Of a stretch of 64,000 bases of DNA, positions 1-17,200 are shown piece after piece. The translations under genes were made by a program, and so were the position numbers. The first letter of the stretch is position 1. Every line of letters starts with the position of its first letter. Source of the stretch: Antedon mediterranea (taxonomy: Eukaryota; Animalia; Echinodermata); contig NC_092673.1 in the NCBI RefSeq assembly GCF_964355755.1, positions 15,348,948-15,412,947 on the forward strand, in the 5' to 3' direction. The notes below the pieces were generated by a model. That model was not told where the DNA came from. It saw only the letters and a list, made by a program, of their open reading frames with translations, and made no database searches.

Positions 1-2545
1 TGACACAAAACAGCCAATATGCTGCTTCGACTGCGTTCCTTGTTCCACAAATACAATATCAACTAATGAAGGTAAGGTAACATCTATAGAGTTTCAAACT
101 CCATCAGTATTTTTCGCGCCGCGACGGAAGCATTTGGAAACTGTATCACGCGGAAGCTTATACTACTACGGCTGGAGAAATAGGTATTTGGAAACTCGGA
201 CTGGGCATTTTCAAACCCCGAAGCACAGAGATGAAAGTCTATGAAATATGCAGACAGTAGTACGGTAGTAGTTCAATAAACAATGTTTTCACTTTGGCTG
301 TCAACGTAGGAATTTATCATCAAATAATGGTCAAATCCTTCCTCTATGGTAAATAGTTTTGGCGAATGGTGCATGGGGAAGAGTGAATCCCTGGTGTGTA
401 TAGATGAAGACTTGTTTGATTAGTAAGTACGTTTGTCGGCGGCTGAACGACGAAGGTTCTTCCTTTTTGTTTACAGGAATGTTGGGCTATGTTGGTCCCT
501 ATCCCTGAATATGCACAGTACTATTATTTTAGTTTAGGATTATAGTGTTGTTCTATACATCAGTAGGTCATGGACTTTTGTTATGAAATAAAAGTTGATT
601 GTTTGATTGCGGATTTAATTAATTGATTGATAAGCTAACTCAACTACAGAAGGAAATGCCCAACCTCAAAACAATTATGTATTTATGCCCTGCTTTATAA
701 TTAAATAGAGCATTTCATCTTTTACGTTACACAAAATGTTTACTAGATCTACTGATTGTTTAAAAAAAAGTAGTGCTAAATCATTTTTTTCTACTACTAT
801 TATTTTTCCAATTAATGAATAGAATATCAATAAAATCGTAAAAAACGCACAATTTATTGAAGATGATAATATTTTATTCTATTCAATTTTTTGTAAGAAA
901 TATTTGTTCTTGTTTAACACAAGTATAACCAAGGGAAGAGTTATTCCCTGGTATAACCTTTAGCCTGTAATGTATTCTGTAATGTGCTGTACTAGAACTG
1001 AACACACATTGTATAAAGGAATTGAGAGTTATTTTGTGCTTGACAACTTCAATCAACAAATCAATCAATTGATACAAACTAAACATAAATGAATAATCAA
1101 GCAAGATGGATAGGTGGACATGCAGCAGAAACAATGATATTAAAACTCTGTCTTATCCTTAATTTGAAAGCTTGAACATACTCCGAGTTTGGCAATACAC
1201 ACATTTTATCAAACTTCGGCAAACTGCACAAAACTAGTTTGTGGAAGTTGGGTCATGCACCTTCTTGACAAACTTCACTGACCTTTGTGGAGTCAGCGAA
1301 TCAGATCAAAGTATTTGTATTCATTTGATTCTGCAAGTGGACAAGCTATAGATCATGTGATATATAGGCCTATGATAAAATAAGTGGAACTTGAAGTTGT
1401 GCAACACACTTATTCACCAAAAAAAAAGATAGATTGTGCGGGAAGAAAAAGGTATTTAATGTTTAGTTAAATAAATGTAATAAAAGTGAAACAATTATTG
1501 CCAAAATTTAAAATAAACGTTTTGTCTTTCAGATCAATCCGAATGTGACAAATGTGCGGAAGGATATTATTCAAATGATGAAAACACTGAATGTCTGTTG
1601 AAGGAAATGGATGTTTTAGACTGGAGCGATCCTGGTGCCATTGGTTTCCTCGTCTGGTCTGGTGTTGGCTGTATTCTTACATTCATCACTATTGCTATAT
1701 TTTACGTGAAACGAGAATCGGAAATTGTGAAATCGTCATCACGAGATCTGAGTATGATTCTACACGTTGGAATCGTTTTCGGTTTTCTTTCTCCAATTTT
1801 GTTTATTATGTCGCCAACGGATACCCTATGTCAGCTACGTATTTCTATTTCCAGTGTTCTTGACTGTCTTTTATTGTCCGTGTTTCTAATAAAGATTTAT
1901 ATGGTCATAAAAATATTTAATCGCGGGAAGAAAGGCAAAACTATGACAAACTTGAAAATTAGACTGAAAAGGTATCGTCTGCTTATAGTTTCTATGATCA
2001 CCGGCTTTCAGATTTTGATAGTTGTTCTGGCCTTTTTTGCATCACCTGTAAAAGTGGTGAAAGATGTTACGTCATCAACGAAGACAACAATAGTCCAGTG
2101 TGACACAACCCTAATAACATTTATGTGGAATGACTTGTTCAACTTAATTCTGATTGTAGTCTGTTTCGTGTTCGCATTTCGCGCGCGTAAAATGCCGCAT
2201 AATTACCACGAAGCACGCTTTATATCCGTCGTCATGACGTTTTGGATAATAATCTTTTTGGTATCCATCACCACTCACTTGTTTACTGTTGGGAAATTGC
2301 AACCTATAATTGCTATAATGTTCATACTCATTTTATACACTCTTATTTTAATGATGATGTTCTTACCAAAATGTTATCTGTTAATCGTAGCTCAAAGTAG
2401 GCAAAATAGCGAACCCTCTCCACCAAAAACGGTAGCGGTAAAAGGCGGCCATCGCAACTTTGCTACATCAAGTGAAACACTCTCTCGTGAATCTGGAGTT
2501 CAGGATTGTAATTCATCGCATAACGATTTTAATACACATCTATAA
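1..2545 (+). CDS. Class C GPCR (calcium-sensing receptor/metabotropic glutamate receptor-like), 3' part: cysteine-rich domain + 7TM + C-tail; 5' exons outside window
   Basis: Exon <1..71 translates DTKQPICCFDCVPCSTNTISTNE (nine-cysteine domain), donor GTAAGG; acceptor TTTCAG then exon 1533..2545 in phase: DQSECDKCAEGYYSN...ECL, seven hydrophobic segments, class C motifs IVKSSSRDLS, ARKMPHNYHEARFI, FLPKCY. Confidence 0.92.
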
Positions 2546-2641
2546 ACTTCAAATGTTCAATTGAAAGATATAATTGATGAATCTGATAATATTGATTTGA
2601 GAAACCAAGGAGTAAGAATTGGCGATAGTAACTGTGATGTA

Positions 2642-2759
2642 AGCTAAGTTCCCACTTAAACGTTACTCAATAGCATGTGCACGCAGGTTATTCGACCAAT
2701 CGCAAGAGATCATTTTGAAGATCAACATACTTGCGGTGTGTCCTAGTGGGAACAAAGCT
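2642..2759. mobile_element. MITE with Harbinger-like termini (118 bp)
   Basis: TIRs AGCTAAGTTCCCACT / AGTGGGAACAAAGCT, flanked by GTA on both sides; related fragments at ~3240-3380, ~24575-24686, ~29790-29845. Confidence 0.7.
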
Positions 2760-5103
2760 GTAGGCCTGACATCTTGTGAATCTAAAATGAAAATATTCTA
2801 TTCATCGCATATGATGTTTCTTTTCAATATGTATGCAAAATAACGTGCATGCTATGACAGAAAATTGATAAATGATGAAATTACGTGAATGGGTTGGTTA
2901 TGTTTCTTTAAATTATCACAAACGTTGTAAGGATAAGGAAACGGAATATATTTAAAATGCATTAGATGCCTACAATGAAAAGTGGGTCTTTTGTAACTGT
3001 TATTTATTAGTATTATGTATATATCGATATTGTACTTATTAAGCTTCTCAGGTGTTCTGTTATTCAACAATAACTTAACACAGAAAACTAATTAATTGCA
3101 TAAAATATAAATAATATTGCTAATGTGAATTTATAATGCCATGCTGTTTAATTGTATGCATTTATCATAAACAAAACCTATAATAATTAAACTTCATATT
3201 TAGATGAAGATTTTGGCCTGTAGGTTTGTATCAGTGAAGAGCCATTTTCCGACTTGGACGGAACGTAAAGACGATTAAACGACCAATCACAACGCGATGG
3301 ATTCAAACTGTCGCTTGTGATTGGTCAAATTACTTGCAGCGTTGCGCTTTTGTCATTGCGTTGCATTCTAAGGCGAAGCTTATTGGAATGACTATCTCTT
3401 GCGCCATTAGATTTGACTAGAACCAAAGGTCTTGAAATAAGAAGTTTTTTTATTGTACTTTGGCCATGAGCAATATCCTAGTACTGTATAGCATGAGTCA
3501 TAGGGGGATTGGTTGCTGGATTGAAACGTAAAACAATATGCAAGTCAAAACTATATTAGGAGTATACGGATACAAAATAATGTCAGTCATATTAATATAC
3601 ATGATAATAATTTATTGTTGTGTAAAACAGTAAAAAATCTGTATTTCCCGAATTCTAGATTACGTCATTCTTTAAAATGCGGGTTGTAATCAATTTTGTT
3701 TTGATTGACATGGAAAAACAAACAATTGTTTTGATATTTCATTATTGTTAAGTGAAAATACTTATTTAAAAAAATGTTATTATATGATAATGACTTATTT
3801 AATCATACCATGGAATAATATATTACTTCATGTTAAAAACCAAGGTTTGTAAAACGTCTCCAATGCTCTTCAATCCTCCATAGATCACAGTAGTACGTAT
3901 CTAATTCCGCGTTGCACAATATTATTTTGGGATTCAATATCGACTTTGATAAATGAACACTGAATGAATAACGGGATTAACCGTACCGTACGTAATCTCC
4001 GTCTTCTCTTGCGTCATAACGAATATCACGAATAATGAACAATTAACTACTTCTTGAATAAATAATATAATGTCATTTTAATAAACAAATGGGTTTTTTA
4101 AGTAACACTTGATCTTAGAAATTAAAAAAAAATCAAAATAGACCCACTTGCGGAAATAATATGTATACGTATATAAGTAATGCAACCTTCAACATTGCAG
4201 GATGTACGCATGGAGTACGTAAGAAGTCCTTTAAAAAAGTGCGGGTCACCACTTTCACCATATATGTTCATATTGCTTTCTAATCCGTTTATTAGTCTGT
4301 GAACAATAGTAAAAACCATTGTGACGTTCAGTAATTGCTGTATTATATAATGTATATATAATGTACGGTATTAGTTAGACTTGCTTTAAGTCTTTTTTTA
4401 TGTTAGTCCAACACTGTGGGCGTTCCAATTTTTGTGTGAAAACTACAATGTGATCTCATTTATAATACGCGTGAAAACGCCATAATGTGCCAAAATAATA
4501 ATTTTTACTAATTTCGGTCTACTGTAGAAGGACGGAGGTCATTAATTGAGATCCGAAACCGGTCGAACTTAAACCTTTATGATTGGAATAGGAACGAATT
4601 GGTATCAACATAAAGTATATTATAGCCTAACGTAGTTCCTTGTGAGATATAGAATACATTGACGTTCTGTTTTGTTTTTTTCATATTTGTCGTTTGATCA
4701 TACTGTAGAATTCCATCTCAACCAACTTGGCAACGGAAAAACATTGGAATCACAATTATTTGAGCGACATTATTGCGTTTGCCCGAGAGCCAACTAGGCG
4801 TAAATTTAATTGAAATCAATATTTTAAATAATGTAATTCCCAAGTGACATACCGTATAAATTCACTTTCGATAATGTGTTGCGGTGCTCAAGTATCTGCA
4901 ATAAAAGTCTTCATTATACCATTTGAATTATACTCAAATAACAGTCTTATTTCATAAGCAGTCATTAAAAATAATCTACAGTACTTCATGAAATATAAAT
5001 CTCGGCTCATATTAACTCCCAGTTGGTCAGTTGGTGTATGTCTCTCTCGAATGAATGCCTTAATGATTGACCAACTTAATAGAATACCATAGTATTTCAC
5101 TGA

Positions 5104-5417
5104 ATATAATATCCTGGATTTATATAGCGCCTAATGTAATTGTGAAACCTCTAAGCGCTGAACATTATTAGGCCTACCCCAGTCATTTTTTTGGAATCAA
5201 ATACGTATGGAAACATACTCCCATAATGCAGCTATAGTAATCAGCGCAAAGTTGTGTCTTGATCTAACCAGGTACCTATTTGTACACCTGGGTGGAGAGA
5301 GGCAAACTTAAGTAAAGTATCTTGCCTGAGGATACAAGCAATGCAGCGAGAGTTGGATTCGAACCACGATCTCACGATCAGCAGTTCAACGTACAACACA
5401 CTGCGCCACACGCCCTC
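5104..5417 (-). mobile_element. tRNA-derived SINE with CORE-like body and L2/CR1-like 3' tail
   Basis: Minus strand: A box TGGCGCAGTG, B box GGTTCGAATCC, body CCTCAGGCAAGATACTT...CCACCCAGGTGTACAAATAGGTACC, tail CAGCGCTTAGAG...GGCGCTATATAAATCC; same tail recurs on + at ~27696-27763. Confidence 0.8.
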
Positions 5418-6173
5418 ACTTGAATGTCTTCTGTTCTTCAAATTCATTATTTATAATAGAGTAATTCGACACTGCAGCCAATGTCAAAACCAGCATACAC
5501 TCCAATACAATTAATATCATTACCATATAAAACCTTCTTCAAATCTGAACATTTTGGCGTCATTTTCTTCTGATCGCTGTTTCATGACCTTCATCACCAT
5601 CGCTGTTTCATGACCTTCATCACCTTCACATCAAAATCGTTACAGCTATCACATCATCCTCATCACCTCCAAAAACGTTTTTTTTTTATATTGATTTACT
5701 CCTCGTTCATATTAAATTATGTTGTTTTTTTACATTGATAATCTGTTCATTTTAACGGATTACTTAATTGTTAGTTTTATTGATCGATCTTGAACTCGTT
5801 TAAATTAGCATCATTTTGCTATTATACCGTATATAATTATAAAATTCACCGTATTATGTAATCTTGGAACGATAACATAATATTGACGCGCGCGTACAAA
5901 CGCAACATAATTAGTTAGCCTATATAGATTCGCGAGCATTAAAATACCAACGATTTACACTAAATCACTGTTGTAGAATAGAGAGTGGATAAAATGACAA
6001 CTAACATTTTATTGTGTTTGCATGTTTATAAACATATCCCAAAAGGGAACTAGAATATTGATTATATGCCTAACAATATAATTTTATTTTCTTTATGATA
6101 TCATAAATTTTAACTAGCTGTCATTTTAGTGTCATTTCCAATATGAGGAACATCTTTTCGAAAAATGAAAGAC

Positions 6174-11438
<5,265 letters not shown>

Positions 11439-11814
11439 ACTGCCGGTTAATATCTAAAAGCTTTTAATAGAAATCATTCGCAGGAATAGAGGTACATATG
11501 TTTGAACTTTATATTTAGAGGATGTAATACAAAATATAAAAATCATGTTATAAAAGAGAAACAAGGAATACATTAAAATAATTATATTCAAGTATATTAT
11601 TAATTATATAAATAAAGTTCAATTATGAAATGCCATAATGTTATTTCCATCAGATGCGTGCACACGAGGCGCTGAAGTGGTGTAAAGTTGTTAGAACTAA
11701 TTATTTTTTTCAACATTTATTATTAATTAAGGTAAGAAAATAAACATTATAATTCTGAACCGTTTGTGGACCGAATTATTCGGTTTCTAACCAAACGCCA
11801 TAATTCACTTTTCA

Positions 11815-11881
11815 CCTAACCCTAACCCTAACCCCTAACCCTAACACCCTAACCCTAACACCCTAACCCTAACCCTAACCC
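11815..11881 (+). repeat. Interstitial telomere-like (CCCTAA)n tract with variant units
   Basis: About ten CCCTAA/CCCTAACA units within the 5'UTR intron of the subtilase. Confidence 0.85.
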
Positions 11882-12020
11882 TCCTCAAATTAGAGATGTT
11901 ATTCTGGTTACCAAAACTATTGTAGCCTATACGCCTAACATTTACAAACATTGAAACTTTTTCAATCGTAACTAAGATTTAAGCTACTAAATTACAAATA
12001 ATAATTGAATTTAAACCTAC

Positions 12021-12084
12021 CTTCGTCAAAGAATAGGCTACAGCAGACTGATAATATACCTGCTTTGCTCTGATTATTTATATA
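12021..12084 (-). promoter_or_regulatory. Putative TATA + Inr core promoter and short non-coding first exon of the subtilase
   Basis: Minus strand TATATAAA (12084-12077), TCAGTC initiator (12051-12046) ~30 nt downstream, donor AAG|GTAGGT at 12021/12020, acceptor TTTTAG at ~11454 just before the ATG. Confidence 0.5.
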
Positions 12085-12629
12085 ATTATCAAGTCATGGT
12101 TTATATGTGTGTTACTTTAATTTCTTATACAAATATTATCTACTAAATATGTATCTTGTGTGATAACATTATTAAAATTATTAATTTGAATGAAACTTAT
12201 CTTATTTAGAGGATGTGAACGGCAATGTGTCAACTATTTTGTTGATAATAGATAAAATCTTATCATTCGTTTATCAATGCGACATATTGCCAGCTCCGCA
12301 ATGCAAATCGAACTTATACCAACTAGATAGATTATATAATTATGTTCCCTTGCTTACGTCAATAGCGGTACAAGTAATTAACTTTCAGATAGGTAAAGCA
12401 AAACGAGTGTTTTAGGACTGTTTTGGGCAGAAAATATATGAGTAATATTAATTGTACTTATAAAGGATTTTATTCATAGATGAGTCATTTTGACCCTATT
12501 GAACTGACGTAACTTTAAAAGTGATTATTATTCACGTATGGCACCGATTATGTTATAGCCTAGTACAATACGACGCGTCGTATATCAAGAATATAGGATG
12601 AGAGGTTATTATATCTCTATCTATATCTA

Positions 12630-12795
12630 TATAAATCCAAAGGCAAATTACTGACAAAATTACAATGCTGTGGGTATCAGTGGCTGGATCTCAATGCAGA
12701 TACAAAAAAAAGCGAAAAGCTAATCAAAACGATAAAGTAAACAGCCAGAAAAGTTAGCAGAGCTTTCGGGCAACACTAGCCCTTCATCAGTGCAA
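12630..12795 (-). mobile_element. Short hammerhead-carrying element, copy 2 (shorter), between TA-rich tracts
   Basis: Aligns to 7925-8090 with scattered substitutions/indels; bounded by TA-rich microsatellite on both sides. Confidence 0.7.
12754..12795 (-). ncRNA. Minimal type I hammerhead ribozyme (Penelope-type), copy 2
   Basis: 42 nt identical to 8049-8090. Confidence 0.8.
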
Positions 12796-13295
12796 TAATA
12801 TATATCTATATATATATAGTTAAAGGTTGTCTGAGAATGTTATCAACCTAAAATAGGTAAATAACAAAGACCAATCATACTTGGGCAAGAGGTATAAAAT
12901 GAGATACCTATGCTTGGGCTTAAGTCAAGAAGGCATTTCTTGATACAACTTTAAGTACCTTCCGTTAATTGGTCAATTTCCGCTAAAACAATAAGGCAAC
13001 TAATTCTAAAGGGAATATGAATGAAGGAGGAATAACAAAGCACAGTCTCGCCAAAGAAGTATTTGAAAACACTATTTTGATAGAGCGGAAAATGAAAATT
13101 AGACAGTTGTGTTCTGCTATTAGTTTATACGTTTTTATTTCACAATAGAGTAAAAACAATGCCATATAGATGGCTCTGCAGTCGCGTGTTTAAATTTGAG
13201 TTAGCGACCGACCGACCAACCGACCGACAGCTGGGGCTGTGGACTAAAATAATAAGATGAAAAACCTGAAAGACAAGTAAGGCTCAAGAGCTTTG

Positions 13296-13645
13296 GGGAG
13301 AGAGCGTGTCAAAAGCCGAGCGGTTAAGGCACGGGCGTCGTTTACCTTATAAAAGACCCACAATCGGCATGGGTTCGATCATGGGGCTATAATGGTTCGA
13401 TGGTAGAACAGGTCTTCTCGGATAAGAAATATAAACCGTAGGTCCATTGTAGGCCTACACAGTTTGTCCGTGTGCACTTTAAAGATGAAAGGGGTTACTC
13501 CGGTAAACTGGTTCACAAAATATCCCCTGTTCAGGAAAATTACCCCTATGATAGGGAAGTGAATCATTTACGGTATTGTAGATCCTTAGCATCAAGATGC
13601 GCTTAACAGTATGTCCTCCAGCTAAAACAAAAATCCAAACTAAAA
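13296..13645 (+). mobile_element. tRNA-headed SINE with Deu/Nin-like central domain
   Basis: A box GCCGAGCGG, B box GGTTCGATC, core GTCTTCTCGGATAAG..TATAAACCGTAGGTCC..GTGCACTTTAAAGA..GGGGTTAC; relatives at 39040-39390 (-) and 59801-59957 (-). Confidence 0.7.
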
Positions 13646-14222
13646 ATGGTGGGCTAGCTTAAAACATTTTTTAACAGAATATTTTGGCATATTGATCTGG
13701 AAAAAAAAATAATTTTCGAATGCACTATTGACCTGTTGTTTCATAAACATACTGTATTATACATTAACCTCCACGTGCCGCATGCTACCACACGCGTGTC
13801 ACACGCATGAGCCAATGGCAAAACTAAAAGGAATATTCAATAATATTTAGTCATAAATGAATTAATAATAATTAGGCCCCTAAATCATTGCTAGAAGAAA
13901 ATGTAACGGTAGATATATTCTTAAATATTCACTAAACAATGTATTTTTGAAAATTATAATAATTATTGTGATAATACAAACTCTTAGAAATAAACCGGAA
14001 ATATTTGAATACAAATCTGCTTTGCTTGCTCGCATCACGACGTATGACCTTCAATTTGCAGGCAACGGAAGTCATAGGCCAGAGCTAGCTTTTATTCATA
14101 CTCCAGTTGCCCTTCTCAATGTAAACACGTTTGATGTAAACCGTAGGCCTATATATTACCGAACTTAAACATTGCTTTCGTCTTTATGGACGACTTCATT
14201 TGGAAGGATACGTTTTATTGCA

Positions 14223-17200
14223 ATGGGCGTGAAAATGATTAAAAGGGTAAGTTATTATCCTGGTATTTCAGTTTTAAAAACGTTTTCGGCAGTGGACTTC
14301 TTATACTCTATAGATAGGCCTAGAGATTTAAATCACTGCTTCCGTGATTGCATTAAAAGCTTTATGCACAGTAGTAGTATTGTTGTGACTTACACTCGGG
14401 CTTACACCGTACCGTGGTTCTAAAATATAGTGATCTTAAGAAATGGATGTGTCGTATCTTTTATAGCTTTCTTTGTTGGATTTTAATATACAACCATTTC
14501 TCTATTGTGCTTATGAAAGCCATCTCAAACTTCCGTCGCCGTGTTTATATCTGTTAGAAATAATGAATACAATATAAACGTCGTTGCAATTGCAACGTGT
14601 ATTATAGACCGTATAATAGATTTATAAATTATAAATAACGTCTCAAAGTTTGACCTTACTATAGTTCAAGATGTTCACAATAATTGATTCACATTCTTCA
14701 ATTGTAAAAGAAATGAATGGAAAACGTGTTTAAGTAATACACAATTATATAGTGTCTCTATTTTAATTTTGTTTCCCTCGGCTTTTTCCTCCACTGGGGA
14801 AAGTACCTGTACGTAATTGCTTTACATAAAACGTCAATGTCATTGTCGTCTACGTCGTCCCCATTTATATATAATCGTTTTGTAGCTGAGAGGGAGACCA
14901 CATGCTTGGCACCTTCTGGCATTTATTGATTGAATTGTTTTAAATACTGATAGATAAACCTATTAAGACACTGATATGATATGATAAAACAAATTAACTT
15001 AACATGTGCATAACATATTATAAAATGTATATGCCTACATTAACATATTATTATGCATATGAATATCATGATATATGGTGTAGGCCTATTATTATGTATT
15101 CATGACACAGCTGTGCAATAACTAACAATACATTAATATTAATGCAAGCATGAACCTATAAATTACATTTTAATCTATAAGCCCATGAATGAGGAAAAAT
15201 ATGTCTGTAAATGTAATGTATACCAGTACTGCAAATGAATATATGCATAACTTACAATAAACATTAGCATACATAATATGAACATTTCGTGAATATTAAC
15301 TAAAGATGACAGGTGTGTGGCAATAAATAAATGACATCGATGTCCTATTACATCAATCTCTTTGCGTGCATATGTTTATATTATCACTTGCTTCTGGAAC
15401 AACATGATACAAATGGGCCCGTTCGGACGGGGCTGAAACTACCGTGTACTTCCAACTGTGAGGTCGCGTGTAGCAATTAACTTACGCCTCTGGCTATAAA
15501 AAATTAGAAAACCATCTGGACGAAAAATCCACCAACTTTACTGGTTATTTCAATCCCATTTCAATTACACGCTGCCTCGGGGTATAATTAATCAAGCGTT
15601 AACGGGGTCATGTCAAATCGCGACCTCAAATAAGCTTTCTGATTGGTCATTTCATTGTGATAAACAACCGGGTCAGAGGCCATTCCTTATCAGGGCTTTT
15701 TTGCCGTACCCACGCTATTTTTATTTTTCGTTTGTGTTTACAAGTTTGAGCAGTACAGTACATTATTTGAATTGATTATGGTTAATATTCAATGGAGTGA
15801 AGCGGCTACAGTGGCCCTTATTAGTATTTGGGGAGACGCTAAAATTCAAAATGGGTTAGACGGGACCAGACGAAATGGGCTAATTTATGCCGACATCAAG
15901 AAAAGACTCACAGAAATTGGTTTCACGTTTGATCTGACGCAGATTACAAATAAGTGTAAGAATTTGAAGCGCCAATATTTAGAAGCAAAAGACGAGCAAG
16001 GTAGATCTGGAAATGGACCTACAGAGTGGCCTTATTTCGATGAAATGAATGCCATTTTCGGAGACCGTCCAGCAACAAAACCAGCCTTTGTTGCTGGCTC
16101 TTCACTGCCTTTAACAACCAGTCGACCATCGTCAGCTACCCCCACAAGGCCTACTTCGAGTCATACTACTAGTAGTAGTATTAGTATTAGGAGGCCTACG
16201 GACGTCAATGCCGCTACTAGCTCGAGGAGTGCAAACCTTATTTTGGGTAAGTAATATTAATTAATAGGCCTACTACTACTAGTAGTACTCTTATTGTAAA
16301 AAAACATATTGTCTTGATGTGTAATTCAGTCAGTAGCTGTTTTTTGTCTGCCTTTGCTTGGCAATAAATATGGTTAATGTTTTATTTAGACCATGGATTC
16401 CATGAAGGAGGTAAACCTACATGTTTGGATGATAGTGGACTTGGGGATTTAGTCGACGGCGATGTTGCTGCACAATCAACAGGTATTATATAGTCACTGT
16501 TTTTTTTTCCTGAATACCATGCAAGTTTGGACCCGTAAATGTATAAAGTAATATTTAAAACGGGAACAGATGGTTGGGGTTGACCAAGGACGATTGAGCC
16601 TACATTTTGCGGTCTTGATCATCTTATGTGTTGGGCCCCATCGTCTTACCAGTTGGTCCCGATCGTCTTGAAGTGAGCCCGATTGGGACCTATTTTAAAT
16701 ACGTAATGAAAAGTGACTTCTTTGCTATTTGTTAATGCCGTTTTTCGTTCTCTTTAGCTCAACCAAACAACAAAAAACGAAAAGTTGAAAGCACAAGAAC
16801 ATCAGGTATTTAATATAGTTTAATGTCTAGATTATTAAGTTTGATTTTTAAATAAAACATGTTATGTTACATGCCCATGTAAGATACACATCCTCAAAGA
16901 ATATTACAGTAATTTGAAAATGCTATGGTCAGTTAAATGCTAAGATTTTCCAGAATTCCTTTCTTTAATAGCCCACACCACCTACCTCCTTTTAAAATTT
17001 CTTTAAAGATATATAAATATGGTATTGTATTTAAAGGAAAGAAGGCCAAAAAAGACTTAGTGTCCGAACTCTCAGATGTGCTGTTGAGATCTAACCGAGA
17101 GTTCCAGGCGCAAATTTTGGAGCAACAAAATAGAGCGATGGAAAGCAGGAGGGAGTACGAAAGGGAAAGAGAAGAAAGGGCAGAAAGAAGGATGATGGAA

